From the NCBI GenBank assembly GCA_020428905.1, contig JAGQLY010000002.1, positions 1 through 63,726 of the forward strand: a DNA stretch of 63,726 nucleotides. Reading direction: 5' to 3'. Below the pieces are notes generated by a model. The model was not told the origin of the DNA, made no database searches, and saw only the letters and a program-made list of their open reading frames with translations. Made by a program: the position numbers and the translations under genes. Positions 47,119 to 55,858 of the stretch are shown here, piece by piece. Numbering within the stretch: position 1 is the stretch's first letter; each line of letters opens with the position of its first letter. This stretch comes from Candidatus Kaiserbacteria bacterium. GTDB lineage: Bacteria > Patescibacteriota > Minisyncoccia > Phycocordibacterales > UBA918.

Positions 47119-48567
47119 ATGCATATGTACATACACACACATTTTCGTGCGTGGCTTGCACTCGGTGTCGCGCTTACTCTCCTTTGGGTGAGTGGTGTCG
47201 CAGCGATTGCTACCGCACAGGCTCCGTTAGGAGAGGAAGAGGTCAACACTGAAGGGGCGGTTTCTTGTTTTGATTACTATACGTTTGGCAGCGTCCAGGT
47301 CGATGTTGCACCGTACTTTAGTCGTGTCCTTGCTGCCGACCCGGTCCTTTTTGGCGGGGAGGTAATAAACAACAACCCGTACCCGCTTGTTGATGGTCAG
47401 ATTTGGATGAAGGTGTTCAAGCAAGCACAGACCGACAGTGGTCTCCGCAAGGAAAATGGTGAGCCACTTGTTGATTTTGTCTTGGTGAAAGACGGTATTA
47501 CCCTTACCGCGGGGGAGCGTATGCCGATTGAATTTACCTGGGAAGTACCGGAGTACGCCGCGGCAGGTAATTACACAACCGCGTTCTTCTTCACTACCGC
47601 GCATCGGTACAACCTCCTCGGCCTCTCGTTTACGGACGACGTTACCGGCAACACAGCATCATTCAAGGTCGAACGACTTGATGGTGGCTATACACCGGTC
47701 GTCTTTGATAAAAATGATGTGTATCTCGATGGGGTGCCGGTAAGTTTCGCGCTCCCACCTCGGCATTTTGCGAAGGATACAGCAGTCGCGGCGCGCACGA
47801 CACTCGTAAATGATAGCGATGAGGACCGCCTTGTAGAGCTTACGTGGACCACCTACCAATGGGACGGTATCCTCGCATCACACCAGATGGCGACCGAAAC
47901 GCGCACGGTACATGTGGCGGCACAGAGCCGAAAGGATGTTGTGTATGACACCCCAACCCTCGACACCGCTGTCACCTTCATTGTCGCAGAGGCGAAAGAG
48001 GGAGATGCAAAGTCGCTTCTTAATATTCGCTACGTACGTGATGGTATTGAAGAAACGCGGCTTAACTTCCCGAGCATCACCAGCTATCCACTTACGGAGG
48101 GGCAGCCGGTAGACATGTTCTCGTGCGTCCACGCAACGAATGTCGATGTAGTACGTGGCAACACCCTCACCCTTACTCTCGCCGATGCATTCGGGGAGGT
48201 GCTTGCTGAGCATACGTACGACGGAGATATCACCGGTGCGATGATGGCGGTTGCGGAACGGTACACACCGACACGTGATCACGGTACCGTCTCTCTCACT
48301 GCGACACTCAAGAACGCAGGTGGTGTACTTGAAGAGATTACCACTACGTATGACTGCGCAGCTCTCGCTCCCGACAGTTGTGCTGCAGACGAAGCAGATG
48401 GAGATGGGAGCACTGCGGGTGAACGCGTTATTATTGCAGCACTCAGCGTCCTTGTTGTGCTGGTCGTTCTTATTTCGCTTATTCGGTATGTACGCGGTAG
48501 GCGCGATACGGAAGGTGGTGGTGTGACAAACATGCGCATGCCAAATGATACCGAGCCGCAACCATAA
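47119..48567 (+). CDS. Hypothetical exported protein with C-terminal TM anchor
   Basis: Signal peptide (FRAWLALGVALTLLWVSGVAAIATAQA), a C-terminal helix (VIIAALSVLVVLVVLISLI), then RYVRGRRD. No family recognised. Confidence 0.6.
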   Translation: MHMYIHTHFRAWLALGVALTLLWVSGVAAIATAQAPLGEEEVNTEGAVSCFDYYTFGSVQVDVAPYFSRVLAADPVLFGGEVINNNPYPLVDGQIWMKVFKQAQTDSGLRKENGEPLVDFVLVKDGITLTAGERMPIEFTWEVPEYAAAGNYTTAFFFTTAHRYNLLGLSFTDDVTGNTASFKVERLDGGYTPVVFDKNDVYLDGVPVSFALPPRHFAKDTAVAARTTLVNDSDEDRLVELTWTTYQWDGILASHQMATETRTVHVAAQSRKDVVYDTPTLDTAVTFIVAEAKEGDAKSLLNIRYVRDGIEETRLNFPSITSYPLTEGQPVDMFSCVHATNVDVVRGNTLTLTLADAFGEVLAEHTYDGDITGAMMAVAERYTPTRDHGTVSLTATLKNAGGVLEEITTTYDCAALAPDSCAADEADGDGSTAGERVIIAALSVLVVLVVLISLIRYVRGRRDTEGGGVTNMRMPNDTEPQP

Positions 48568-48573
48568 CTAACT

Positions 48574-51549
48574 ATGCGTATGACTATGAAAAAATATATA
48601 CACCTGTTCGTTCTCACACTGCTCATTGTCGGCGGCGCGACCACCGCAGAAGCGGGGAAGAGTACAACCTGGAGCCTTGAGCATGATGCTGACAATCTTC
48701 CCGACCTCTATGGCTACACCCCAAACCTGTGGTACGAAAACAACAACGTACCGCTTTCTACTGTACCGGAGTGTGACTCTGGTCCCTTAGAAGAGTTGTG
48801 TCAATGGAGCAAAATCATCCGTTCGTGGACCAATGTGTCAGTCACCTACAAAGTAAAGCTTACTGATGTCGATACGGGTGTAGAAATAAGCGATGGGGCG
48901 GAGGTGCCTATCGGCACACGGCTGCGCATTGAGCGCGATACCAGTACGCTTGATACCGACATTTCGTGGTTTGGGTATGGAAAAAATTACGATAGTCCCT
49001 ACGGCCGATGGGTGACAAATGCTGGACCACTTGCGCTTTCGTGTAACACGGAAGACTATGTTGATCCGAAGGGCTACAACTATCCCTACGGTACCTACGT
49101 GCTCCTCAATGTGGCGCCACCGACCACATCAGTAGTGGAGACAAGTGACAATCTTTCGTGTTCAGGAAATACGTGTACTGTAACTGGCGGGGGAGAAATT
49201 ACCATAGGTCTCAATTTTGCAGATACGACGGGTAGATTCTATAGTCGAGAGTACGTGGTACGAGAATATTACGATCCAACATACGACACCTACGCTCCTA
49301 CGGAACTTCATTGTTGGGCTGGTAATGTGCCGCTCAGTACCAGTTCACAAGGTTCGGCATATGATCTCGACGTCCCAACACAGACGCTCACCTACACACT
49401 CAGTGCACTTGCGGATGATGCAGAAAACAGCGCGTCTTGTAGCAGTGTCAGTATTCCATCCAACCTCACTGCGGGGGAGTCCTTTTCAGGAAGTGTGACG
49501 GTGCAAAACACCGGCAATACTACCTGGACCAGTGCCTCGAGCTATCGACTTGCCTCAGTAAATCCAGCCAACAACACTACCTGGGGAACCAATAGGGTAA
49601 ATCTTTCGACCAGTGTTGATCCTGGTGAGAGTACGACCCTCGGTGGCACCTTCACCGCACCGACGACACCCGGCACTTACTCATTTAGTTGGCAGATGAT
49701 CCAAGAGACGGACGGCGTATTCGGTGACTCGTGTACGCAGTCGGTCACAGTTGAAGAAGCAGCAACACCTATCTGTAGCCCAGCGAAAGTTGCAAACAGC
49801 ACCTACTACACCGGCGATGATAGTGGCCTTTCAGTGAACACCACAGCTGCGTACAGCACATCAAATACGTCAGCGAAGTGTGAGTTTGTCTGTAATAGCG
49901 GCTACTCATGGGACGGAAGTGCATGTGTAGTAACGCCGGTTTCTTCTGGCTCCATTCAGGCGTCAGACTGTACCATTGCTGTATACAAGAGTAGCTGTAA
50001 CAATAATGTGACTTGGAGCTCCTCGGGCCTCACGTCGCCGTCAGTGTACCGAGATGGGTACTTTCCTGCGGACGACGAGACCATCTCATATGGTGGCAGT
50101 GGAAACATAACAGACGGTGTGTACTACAGTGGATACGCGGTCGATATAAATGGAAATTACTTCAAGTATCCTGCAACGGTATATACCCTCAAGGACGGCA
50201 ACAATTCAATCTCTTCTGATACTGCAGAGGCGAATTGTGCACCTGGTACCGTGTGGAGTGGACAAATGTGTAGCCCTGTCCAGTCGTATCCTGACCTTCA
50301 GACCAGCGCAAACTCCATCAGTAGTCCTGCATTTGACTCAAGCAAACCTGGCGGTATTCGGGTGTACGACAACCCATCGACCCTAACGTTCAGCGGTACG
50401 GTGCTAAACACTGTTGGAAGTCCAGCCACACCATCAAGTAAAGCCGTCTGGGCAGACCTTGAGTTCATTTGGAACAGCACCAGTCTTTGTGCCGCAAACC
50501 AATCGGCAGACGCAGCCTGGAACATTGGCGGTCCGTGGTATGCGGTGCCGGGCGGCTGGTCGGCGGATGTGAGTATGCAAGTTGCTGCGGTAGATATCCC
50601 ACCAAACACTGGCGAGAATCACGTCCACTGTTACCGCGTCGTTGTCGATCGAGACAACCTCATCACTGAAACCAACGAAGTCAACAATGCGGGAAATTGG
50701 GGATACTTTCAGATTACAAACCGGCCGCAGTGCACTGATGGTGTGGACAACGACGGCGACGGCAAAATAGATCTTGCTGACCTTGATTGTTCCGGACCAA
50801 ATGATGATAATGAGGACGATGTACCACAGTGTTCTGATGGTATAGACAATGATGGTGACGGCCACGCAGATCTTTCTGACCTTGATTGTTCTGACGCAGA
50901 CGATGACAACGAGACAAACGCCCCTGAATGTTCTGATGGCACAGACAACGATGGAGATGGATATATCGACTATCCAAACGACACGAGTTGTGGAGACACC
51001 TCAGGTAGTAGCGAAGGGGGAAGTCCGTCCGAAAGCGGTGACATCTGGGCAAACGGCTTCGGCGGCTCAACGAGTGTTACTGATGGAGAATCAGTAACCA
51101 TTACCTGGGACTCAAATAATGCCGACTACTGCGAGGTGCCACAGGGCGGTTGGAGCGGCCTCTCGGACCTTACCGGAGAAGACACGGGGGCGCTTTCAGC
51201 GGCAAGTAGCCCGTATATCTACACGCTTGAGTGTGGGCCGGATGCGGGAGACACAAGTGTTATGGATGCAGTAACCATCGTTGTTACTCCGGTTTCTGGC
51301 GCACCATCGATCACTGCTGACAGACAGCGTGTTGCGTATGGTGACACCGTGAACCTTGCATGGTCAGTCAGCGACCCATTGACCGACAGTTGTACCGTAT
51401 CTGGCTTCGGCTTTACCGCACAGACGGTGACTGCAGATGGCACGGGTCCGGCAACCATTTATGGCACAACCACATACACCATCGACTGTGGTGTAGACGG
51501 TAGCGACAGCGTGACGGTAGACCTCGATCCTGCCCTCTACGAGTCGTAA
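48574..51549 (+). CDS. Large (991 aa) surface protein with Nbr1-FW-like domain and MopE/thrombospondin-type-3-like metal-binding repeats
   Basis: Signal peptide. GSVTVQNTGNTTWTSASSYRLASVNP..NRVNLSTSVDPGESTTLGGTFTAPTTPGTYSFSWQMIQE..FGD resembles an Nbr1_FW domain. Three C-x-DG-x-DNDGDG-x-x-D repeats are present. Confidence 0.7.
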   Translation: MRMTMKKYIHLFVLTLLIVGGATTAEAGKSTTWSLEHDADNLPDLYGYTPNLWYENNNVPLSTVPECDSGPLEELCQWSKIIRSWTNVSVTYKVKLTDVDTGVEISDGAEVPIGTRLRIERDTSTLDTDISWFGYGKNYDSPYGRWVTNAGPLALSCNTEDYVDPKGYNYPYGTYVLLNVAPPTTSVVETSDNLSCSGNTCTVTGGGEITIGLNFADTTGRFYSREYVVREYYDPTYDTYAPTELHCWAGNVPLSTSSQGSAYDLDVPTQTLTYTLSALADDAENSASCSSVSIPSNLTAGESFSGSVTVQNTGNTTWTSASSYRLASVNPANNTTWGTNRVNLSTSVDPGESTTLGGTFTAPTTPGTYSFSWQMIQETDGVFGDSCTQSVTVEEAATPICSPAKVANSTYYTGDDSGLSVNTTAAYSTSNTSAKCEFVCNSGYSWDGSACVVTPVSSGSIQASDCTIAVYKSSCNNNVTWSSSGLTSPSVYRDGYFPADDETISYGGSGNITDGVYYSGYAVDINGNYFKYPATVYTLKDGNNSISSDTAEANCAPGTVWSGQMCSPVQSYPDLQTSANSISSPAFDSSKPGGIRVYDNPSTLTFSGTVLNTVGSPATPSSKAVWADLEFIWNSTSLCAANQSADAAWNIGGPWYAVPGGWSADVSMQVAAVDIPPNTGENHVHCYRVVVDRDNLITETNEVNNAGNWGYFQITNRPQCTDGVDNDGDGKIDLADLDCSGPNDDNEDDVPQCSDGIDNDGDGHADLSDLDCSDADDDNETNAPECSDGTDNDGDGYIDYPNDTSCGDTSGSSEGGSPSESGDIWANGFGGSTSVTDGESVTITWDSNNADYCEVPQGGWSGLSDLTGEDTGALSAASSPYIYTLECGPDAGDTSVMDAVTIVVTPVSGAPSITADRQRVAYGDTVNLAWSVSDPLTDSCTVSGFGFTAQTVTADGTGPATIYGTTTYTIDCGVDGSDSVTVDLDPALYES
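50728..50997 (+). repeat. Three in-frame tandem repeats, 99-nt period, inside the 991-aa ORF
   Basis: Units start at 50728, 50827 and 50926. They encode QCTDGVDNDGDGKIDLADLDCS, QCSDGIDNDGDGHADLSDLDCS and ECSDGTDNDGDGYIDYPNDTSC. Confidence 0.85.
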
Positions 51550-51562
51550 TAGAGGAATAAAA

Positions 51563-51610
51563 ACACAACCCCCGCCGGGCCCCGAGGGCTAGGCGGGGGT
51601 TGTGTTTTTG
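51563..51610 (+). terminator. Rho-independent terminator after the 991-aa ORF
   Basis: ACACAACCCCCGCC ... GGCGGGGGTTGTGT stem, followed by TTTTT. Confidence 0.8.
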
Positions 51611-51642
51611 AGAAAGAGACGGTATAGTGTCAGCCACTAACT

Positions 51643-51912
51643 ATGGCAATAACCAAAGGAGCAAAAAAGGCGCACCGAGTTTCACTGCGAAAGCAGGTCT
51701 TTAATATGCGCCGAAAGAGCGAGATGCGCTCAATGCTAAAGACGATCGGTAAGCACGTACAGGCGGGGAATATCAAGGAGGCGCAGGCATTGATGCCGAC
51801 TGCATATAAAGCGATCGACAAAGCGGCGAAGCGAGGAGTTATCAAACCAAACACTGCTGCACGCAAGAAATCACGCCTCGTGGGTACTCTCAAACGAGCA
51901 ACTGCTAAGTAA
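51643..51912 (+). CDS. rpsT: 30S ribosomal protein S20
   Basis: MAITKGAKKAHRVSLRKQVFNMRRKSEMRSMLKT...AIDKAAKRGVIKPNTAARKKSRL. Confidence 0.95.
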   Translation: MAITKGAKKAHRVSLRKQVFNMRRKSEMRSMLKTIGKHVQAGNIKEAQALMPTAYKAIDKAAKRGVIKPNTAARKKSRLVGTLKRATAK

Positions 51913-51915
51913 CGA

Positions 51916-51938
51916 AAAACCGCCGCAGGCGGTTTTTC
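51916..51938 (+). terminator. Rho-independent terminator after rpsT
   Basis: AAAAACCGCC-GCA-GGCGGTTTTT. Confidence 0.8.
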
Positions 51939-52151
51939 GGTTGGGGCACAAGAATCAAAATGTACCGTTTCATTGAAAAAACCCGATACAAGATCGGGCC
52001 TCTTCAACGTGTGCAGGCTACATATGGATTTCAGAACTATATAGTCGTAGAGAAGATATCAGGGTTGCCACTGAAAAGTTGAACTTGTTATTGGCTTAAA
52101 AATAAACATAACAAGTAATTTTCTTACACGATAAAAAAAGCAGACGCAATC

Positions 52152-52186
52152 AAAAAAAGCCCCGAGGCTCGTGAAAGCGCTCGGGG
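52152..52186 (-). terminator. Rho-independent terminator after the SPFH gene
   Basis: On the minus strand: CCCCGAG, 13-nt loop, CTCGGGG, then CTTTTTTT. Confidence 0.7.
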
Positions 52187-52211
52187 ACTTGGTCAGGTTA
52201 GAGGATGAGGG

Positions 52212-53480
52212 TTACTGCTGGACAGATGCACCCTTCTTAACGGTCATGTCGAGACCGAGGTCAGAAAGCGTCTTGGCCGTCAGCAGGTTGATGAGGTTGG
52301 CAGCTTCGTTGCCACCGGCCGCACCATCGCTGGAGCCTTGAGCCATCTGAACTTCGGGTACCCATTTCTGCTTACCGAACTCTGCGGCGAAGCGACCCAT
52401 AACGGTCACATACGCGTCGAGTTTCTGTTGCAGGGCACCGTCCGCTTCGAGCACCAGTCGCTTGTACTCGCCATCACCTTCACCACGCAGGACTTGCTCC
52501 TGCTTGTATTCGGCAGCGGCCAGCTTCTTCTGCTCGGCTTCGAGTTTCTGCTGTTCGGCGACGCCGACGAGCTGCTGTGCTGCGATGATAGCGACTTCCT
52601 TCTCCTTCTGGGCATCAACGACGGCCTTCTCCTTCTCGACTTCCTTTTCGTACTTGGCGGTCATAACGTTCGCCTTACCCTTTTCCTCAGCAGTGATCGC
52701 TTCCTGCTTGGCTTGCTCGGCCTCGGCTTTCGCCGTGATGATGGCCATGGTCGCCTTACGCTTGGTTGCGATCTGTTCGAGGGTCTTGGGTTCAAAGTCC
52801 CAGTCGGTGATCTGGAAGCCTACCAGCTTGATGCCGTAGGTATTGAGGTCACTCGGATAAGACTTCGGCAAGCCATCCTCGCCATAGTCGATAACGGGAA
52901 TGCTCTTCAGTACCCGTTTGCCCGTTCCTTCTTCTTCCTGGTAGACCTCGCTGAGCTTGGTCATGAACTTGCCGCCGGAGATCTGTTGGTGCGCCCAATC
53001 AATGAACGTACCACGCTTGACCGCGTAGGCATCTTCAGAAGTCACCAGACCAGCGGTGAGGTTCATTGCCTCTTCTACCACCGACTTGATCAGTTTCTGC
53101 GCGACGCCGTTATTGGAACGGAAGTCCTTGTGCAGCTTGATCATGGTTACTTCATCACCAGGAAGGGCAAAACGCGCCTTTCCGTAAATGGTACCGGTAC
53201 CACCGTCCTGGTAACGAACCGGGATGCCCATCTGGTCGATGGTGGCATCTTCGGATTCAGCCTTGTCGAAGTCGAAAGTAACGACATCGACGTACTCAGT
53301 TGGTGTACCAAACCATTGCGGGTATACACCCGGACTGAACTTCGTGACCAGGGTACCACTCGGATACTGTACCATCGTCCGATGACCGGCGTCGTTGATA
53401 CCCATGAGCATGGGTACAGAAAACAAAATGGCGACAATGACGACGCCGATGACGATCAGTTTTGCGGGAATACGTAGCAT
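52212..53480 (-). CDS. SPFH/band-7 (flotillin/HflC-like) membrane protein with long coiled-coil tail
   Basis: 422 aa. N-terminal TM helix (LIVIGVVIVAILFSVPMLMG), an SPFH-like core (TMVQYPSGTLVTKFSPGVY ... IPVRYQDGGTGTIYGKARFALP), and a tail of A/E/K/Q heptad-like repeats (AKAEAEQAKQEAITAEEKGK ... LEAEQKKLAAAEYKQEQ). Confidence 0.75.
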   Translation of the reverse strand: MLRIPAKLIVIGVVIVAILFSVPMLMGINDAGHRTMVQYPSGTLVTKFSPGVYPQWFGTPTEYVDVVTFDFDKAESEDATIDQMGIPVRYQDGGTGTIYGKARFALPGDEVTMIKLHKDFRSNNGVAQKLIKSVVEEAMNLTAGLVTSEDAYAVKRGTFIDWAHQQISGGKFMTKLSEVYQEEEGTGKRVLKSIPVIDYGEDGLPKSYPSDLNTYGIKLVGFQITDWDFEPKTLEQIATKRKATMAIITAKAEAEQAKQEAITAEEKGKANVMTAKYEKEVEKEKAVVDAQKEKEVAIIAAQQLVGVAEQQKLEAEQKKLAAAEYKQEQVLRGEGDGEYKRLVLEADGALQQKLDAYVTVMGRFAAEFGKQKWVPEVQMAQGSSDGAAGGNEAANLINLLTAKTLSDLGLDMTVKKGASVQQ

Positions 53481-53483
53481 GGT

Positions 53484-53714
53484 TTATTGCTCCTCATCAG
53501 GGTTGTTGATTGCGTCGATGTCTTCACGACGACGACGCTGGTCTGCTCGTTGGAGAGCGATGTCCTCGTCCATTTCCAGCAGATCACCTTCGACCTCTGT
53601 CATGGAAAGTTCCTCTTCCTTCCGTACACGAGCGCGCCATTTGCGCCACTCGCTCACGAAATAGGCGATGAGGATGACCAGAACGATTCCGATCAGTAAC
53701 CTTGTAAGTGACAT
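53484..53714 (-). CDS. Small single-pass membrane protein with highly charged tail (SPFH operon)
   Basis: 76 aa. LLIGIVLVILIAYFV, then RKWRARVRKEEELSMTEVEGDLLEMDEDIALQRADQRRRREDID. The stop lies 3 nt from the SPFH ATG. Confidence 0.55.
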   Translation of the reverse strand: MSLTRLLIGIVLVILIAYFVSEWRKWRARVRKEEELSMTEVEGDLLEMDEDIALQRADQRRRREDIDAINNPDEEQ

Positions 53715-53747
53715 TGTTTTGTCTACCTCTCAGTCTGTTGTGTGGAG

Positions 53748-54005
53748 TCACAGAAGCGCGACATCCACGGCCTTTTGGACAGGATGCCCGTCTTTTCGGA
53801 AAGAACCGAGCAAAAACTCAACCTCAAGCCCCTTGGCAAGTTGAATACCTCCGTGAACGGAAGCAACTTCAAACTTTCGCCAGTGAAGCTCGTTGGTTTC
53901 GTCGTTGACTCTAACTTTCCAAACCATATCATCGCCAACTGAATCACAGCCGACAACGAAGCCTTTCAGTCTTACGTTTTCAATCGTAATTCCTCCTCTA
54001 ATCAA
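53748..54005 (-). CDS. Small soluble hypothetical protein (first gene of the SPFH operon); start codon uncertain
   Basis: The ORF track opens at TTG. An AGGAGGA Shine-Dalgarno lies inside codons 3-5, which suggests initiation a few codons downstream (ATT, codon 8) or at Met27. No family recognised. Confidence 0.45.
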   Translation of the reverse strand: MIRGGITIENVRLKGFVVGCDSVGDDMVWKVRVNDETNELHWRKFEVASVHGGIQLAKGLEVEFLLGSFRKDGHPVQKAVDVALL

Positions 54006-54055
54006 TGTTAAGGTTCAAAAAAACGGCATGAAATTGCCATTTCTTACTAAAAATT

Positions 54056-54083
54056 AGTATAGCATATTCGGATACTTTGTCAA
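54056..54083 (-). promoter_or_regulatory. Near-consensus sigma70 promoter of the SPFH operon
   Basis: On the minus strand: TTGACA (54083-54078), 16-nt spacer, TGC-TATACT (-10 at 54061-54056). It sits 13 nt inside the IS3 left end. Confidence 0.55.
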
Positions 54084-54145
54084 GCTGCAAAAAACTGACG
54101 AGTACCCCAAAAATTGCACACCCGTTCTAAGTTCATTTCATGGTA

Positions 54146-54925
54146 CTAGACAGCGTGCTTTTGTGCAAACTGTCTCGGTGCCATCCTGAGTGCGGTGTGA
54201 ATACGTTCGGTGTTGTAGTAGTAAATCGCCTCATGGAGTGCTGCCACCAACTCACCGAGCGTCTCGTATCGTCCGGGGTCGCCAAACTCCACTTTAAGCT
54301 TGCCATAGAAACTCTCTTGGAATCCGTTCTACCACGGACACCCTGGTGCCGACATGGAGAGCTGTGCACCTACGAAGTGTACGCACGCACTGTAGTCTGC
54401 CGACGTATACTCACTGCCTTGGTCTGAGTGAATAATTCGTGGTGGTGGGTGAGAGTGGATTGCGTGACACCATGCGTTTAGTACTAACTGGGTGCTGTGA
54501 TTCGTGAGCACTGACCAGCCAACAATCTCTCTCGTGAAGAGATCGAGTATAGTGGCAAGGTATACCCATCGCCCTTGATGCTTCACGATGTGGGTAAAAT
54601 CACTCGCCCATATATCACCTGGGCCCTGCGGTGTCTCGGTGAGGAGTAGGTTTGGGAATATGCTGTCTTTAACCCGTTTTTCATACTTCTTTGCTCTTCT
54701 CCGATACGGCTTGATGCCAAACTTCTTCATGACACGGAGGACTCGCTTTTTGTTGATGCCAAGATGAAGCGCGATCCGTTTGTGACCATAGCCTGGGTGC
54801 TCGCGTAACGCTTTCTCAATGAGTTGCTTCGTGTACCAATCTTTTTCGTCTTGGACGTGGGTGTAGTACAGAAGACGACGGCTCACCCCGAGTTCTCGGG
54901 CAAGCGCACTCTTGTTGTCCATCAC
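54146..54925 (-). pseudogene. IS3-family transposase orfB (DDE/rve core) interrupted by an in-frame TAG
   Basis: DIWASDFTHI...LATILDLFTREIVGW...IIHSDQGSEYTS...GCPW, then TAG (54329-54331). The same frame continues NGFQESFYGKLKVEFGDPGRYETLGELVAALHEAIYYYNTERIHTALRMAPRQFAQKHAV, ending at the stop 54146-54148. Confidence 0.8.
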
Positions 54926-55185
54926 GAGCCCCTTTTTTGCTCTTCCGAGAGCTTGAGGGTGATGTCACCAATGAGTTGTTTTAGGGCGGCGTTCTCCTTC
55001 TTAAGCTTGTTGTGCTCAAGGATACTCACGGTACCCTGTGCTTTCGCCCCAAGCCATGAGTAGACGGTCTTTGGGTTTACCCCGTGTTCAGTAGCTGCAT
55101 CTTGCACACTGACGCCATTGTTTTTAATACGAGCAATGATTTGCTCTTTCACCTCGGGAGAGGTGCGGTACATCTTCTTTCCCAT
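54922..55185 (-). CDS. IS3-family transposase orfA (HTH)
   Basis: 87 aa. RTSPEVKEQIIARIKNNGVSVQDAATEHGVNPKTVYSWL plus a leucine-zipper-like tail. An A6G run (54932-54938, minus strand) lies at the orfA/orfB overlap, with orfB in the -1 frame. Confidence 0.85.
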   Translation of the reverse strand: MGKKMYRTSPEVKEQIIARIKNNGVSVQDAATEHGVNPKTVYSWLGAKAQGTVSILEHNKLKKENAALKQLIGDITLKLSEEQKRGS

Positions 55186-55250
55186 ATGTCTTGAGTATAT
55201 TACGGACTGTTAATACTCAGAATGGTTGTACAAAAATGGGGTACCTTTCA

Positions 55251-55857
55251 GAGTGTAATCGAGTCTATACACCATATACAAAGAAAGGCATTCAATACTT
55301 TAGCTCACGGTGTGTAACTGGATGTGGTAACGCTAAAAAAAGCTGCAATCTTTCTTATATTGAAACTGAGCTAGGCAAACTTATGCCTGAGTTATTCCTT
55401 GAACCACATGAACTTGAAGAATTGGACCAAAAAGCCGATACCGGCATTGCTCACTTAGAAGCTAAGCTCAATAAAGAGAAGGACCAGTCTGACCGGAAGC
55501 AACGGAAGCTCAATGAGGATCTGTCATATTTACGAGAAAACAGACTCGATCTTTTAAAATCTGGTGTGTACTCACCGAGTAGCTATATAGAAGAAGAGCA
55601 ACATTTGATAGCTGAACTAACTGAAATCAAAGAGTCAGAAGTTATTTCTCAGGAAGCGTTACACCAAACTATCAAAGAGGCGATGAAACTTTCCGAACTC
55701 TTAAATAACCTTACGGTGTAGTACGAAGAAGCCAACTCCGAAGAAAGAGAAGAAATTATGCGTTGTATTTTTTCCGAACTCAATATGAGTGACAAAACCT
55801 TTACGTACAGCCTTAAAAATGAATTTAGGGCAATGAAAAAGGATTCCGTCTTGTCTA
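55251..55857 (+). pseudogene. Large serine recombinase, C-terminal remnant (zinc-ribbon/coiled-coil part only), truncated by the IS3 end and frameshifted near its 3' end
   Basis: From the IS boundary: ECNRVYTPYTKKGIQYFSSRCVTGCGNAKKSCNLSYIETELGKL...coiled coil...EALHQTIKEAMKLSELL. The reading continues in another frame after 55721 (EEANSEEREEIMRCIFSELNMSDKTFTYSLKNEF). No resolvase catalytic domain is present. Confidence 0.6.
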
Positions 55858-55858
55858 G

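Larger units (their letters stand above)
54096..55250 (-). mobile_element. IS3-family insertion sequence (1155 bp) with imperfect terminal inverted repeats
   Basis: The ends are TGACGAGTACCCCAAAAATTGCACACC (54096-54122) and the reverse complement of 55224-55250, TGAAAGGTACCCCATTTTTGTACAACC. They enclose orfA and orfB. I saw no clear target-site duplication. Confidence 0.75.

Noticed and set aside
51630-52007. 125-aa minus-strand ORF
   Set aside because: It overlaps rpsT in antisense and crosses two terminators.
51975-52160. Possible small minus-strand transcription unit between two minus-strand terminator-like hairpins (51982-51998 and 52152-52186)
   Set aside because: I found no convincing promoter or ORF (the longest peptide is about 16 aa). 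The AT-rich sequence is more simply read as the islet junction.
52338-53477. 379-aa ORF on the + strand covering almost the whole SPFH gene
   Set aside because: It is antisense to a gene with clear SPFH and coiled-coil features. Its translation is low-complexity (L/G/F/D-rich), with no start context or recognisable domain. It looks like a shadow ORF created by the codon bias of the real gene.
54329-54331. In-frame TAG as evidence for stop-codon reassignment
   Set aside because: TAG terminates ordinary genes here, for example pnp at 3881-3883 and pcrA at 12369-12371. TGA and TAA also act as stops. A nonsense mutation in a decaying IS copy is the simpler explanation.
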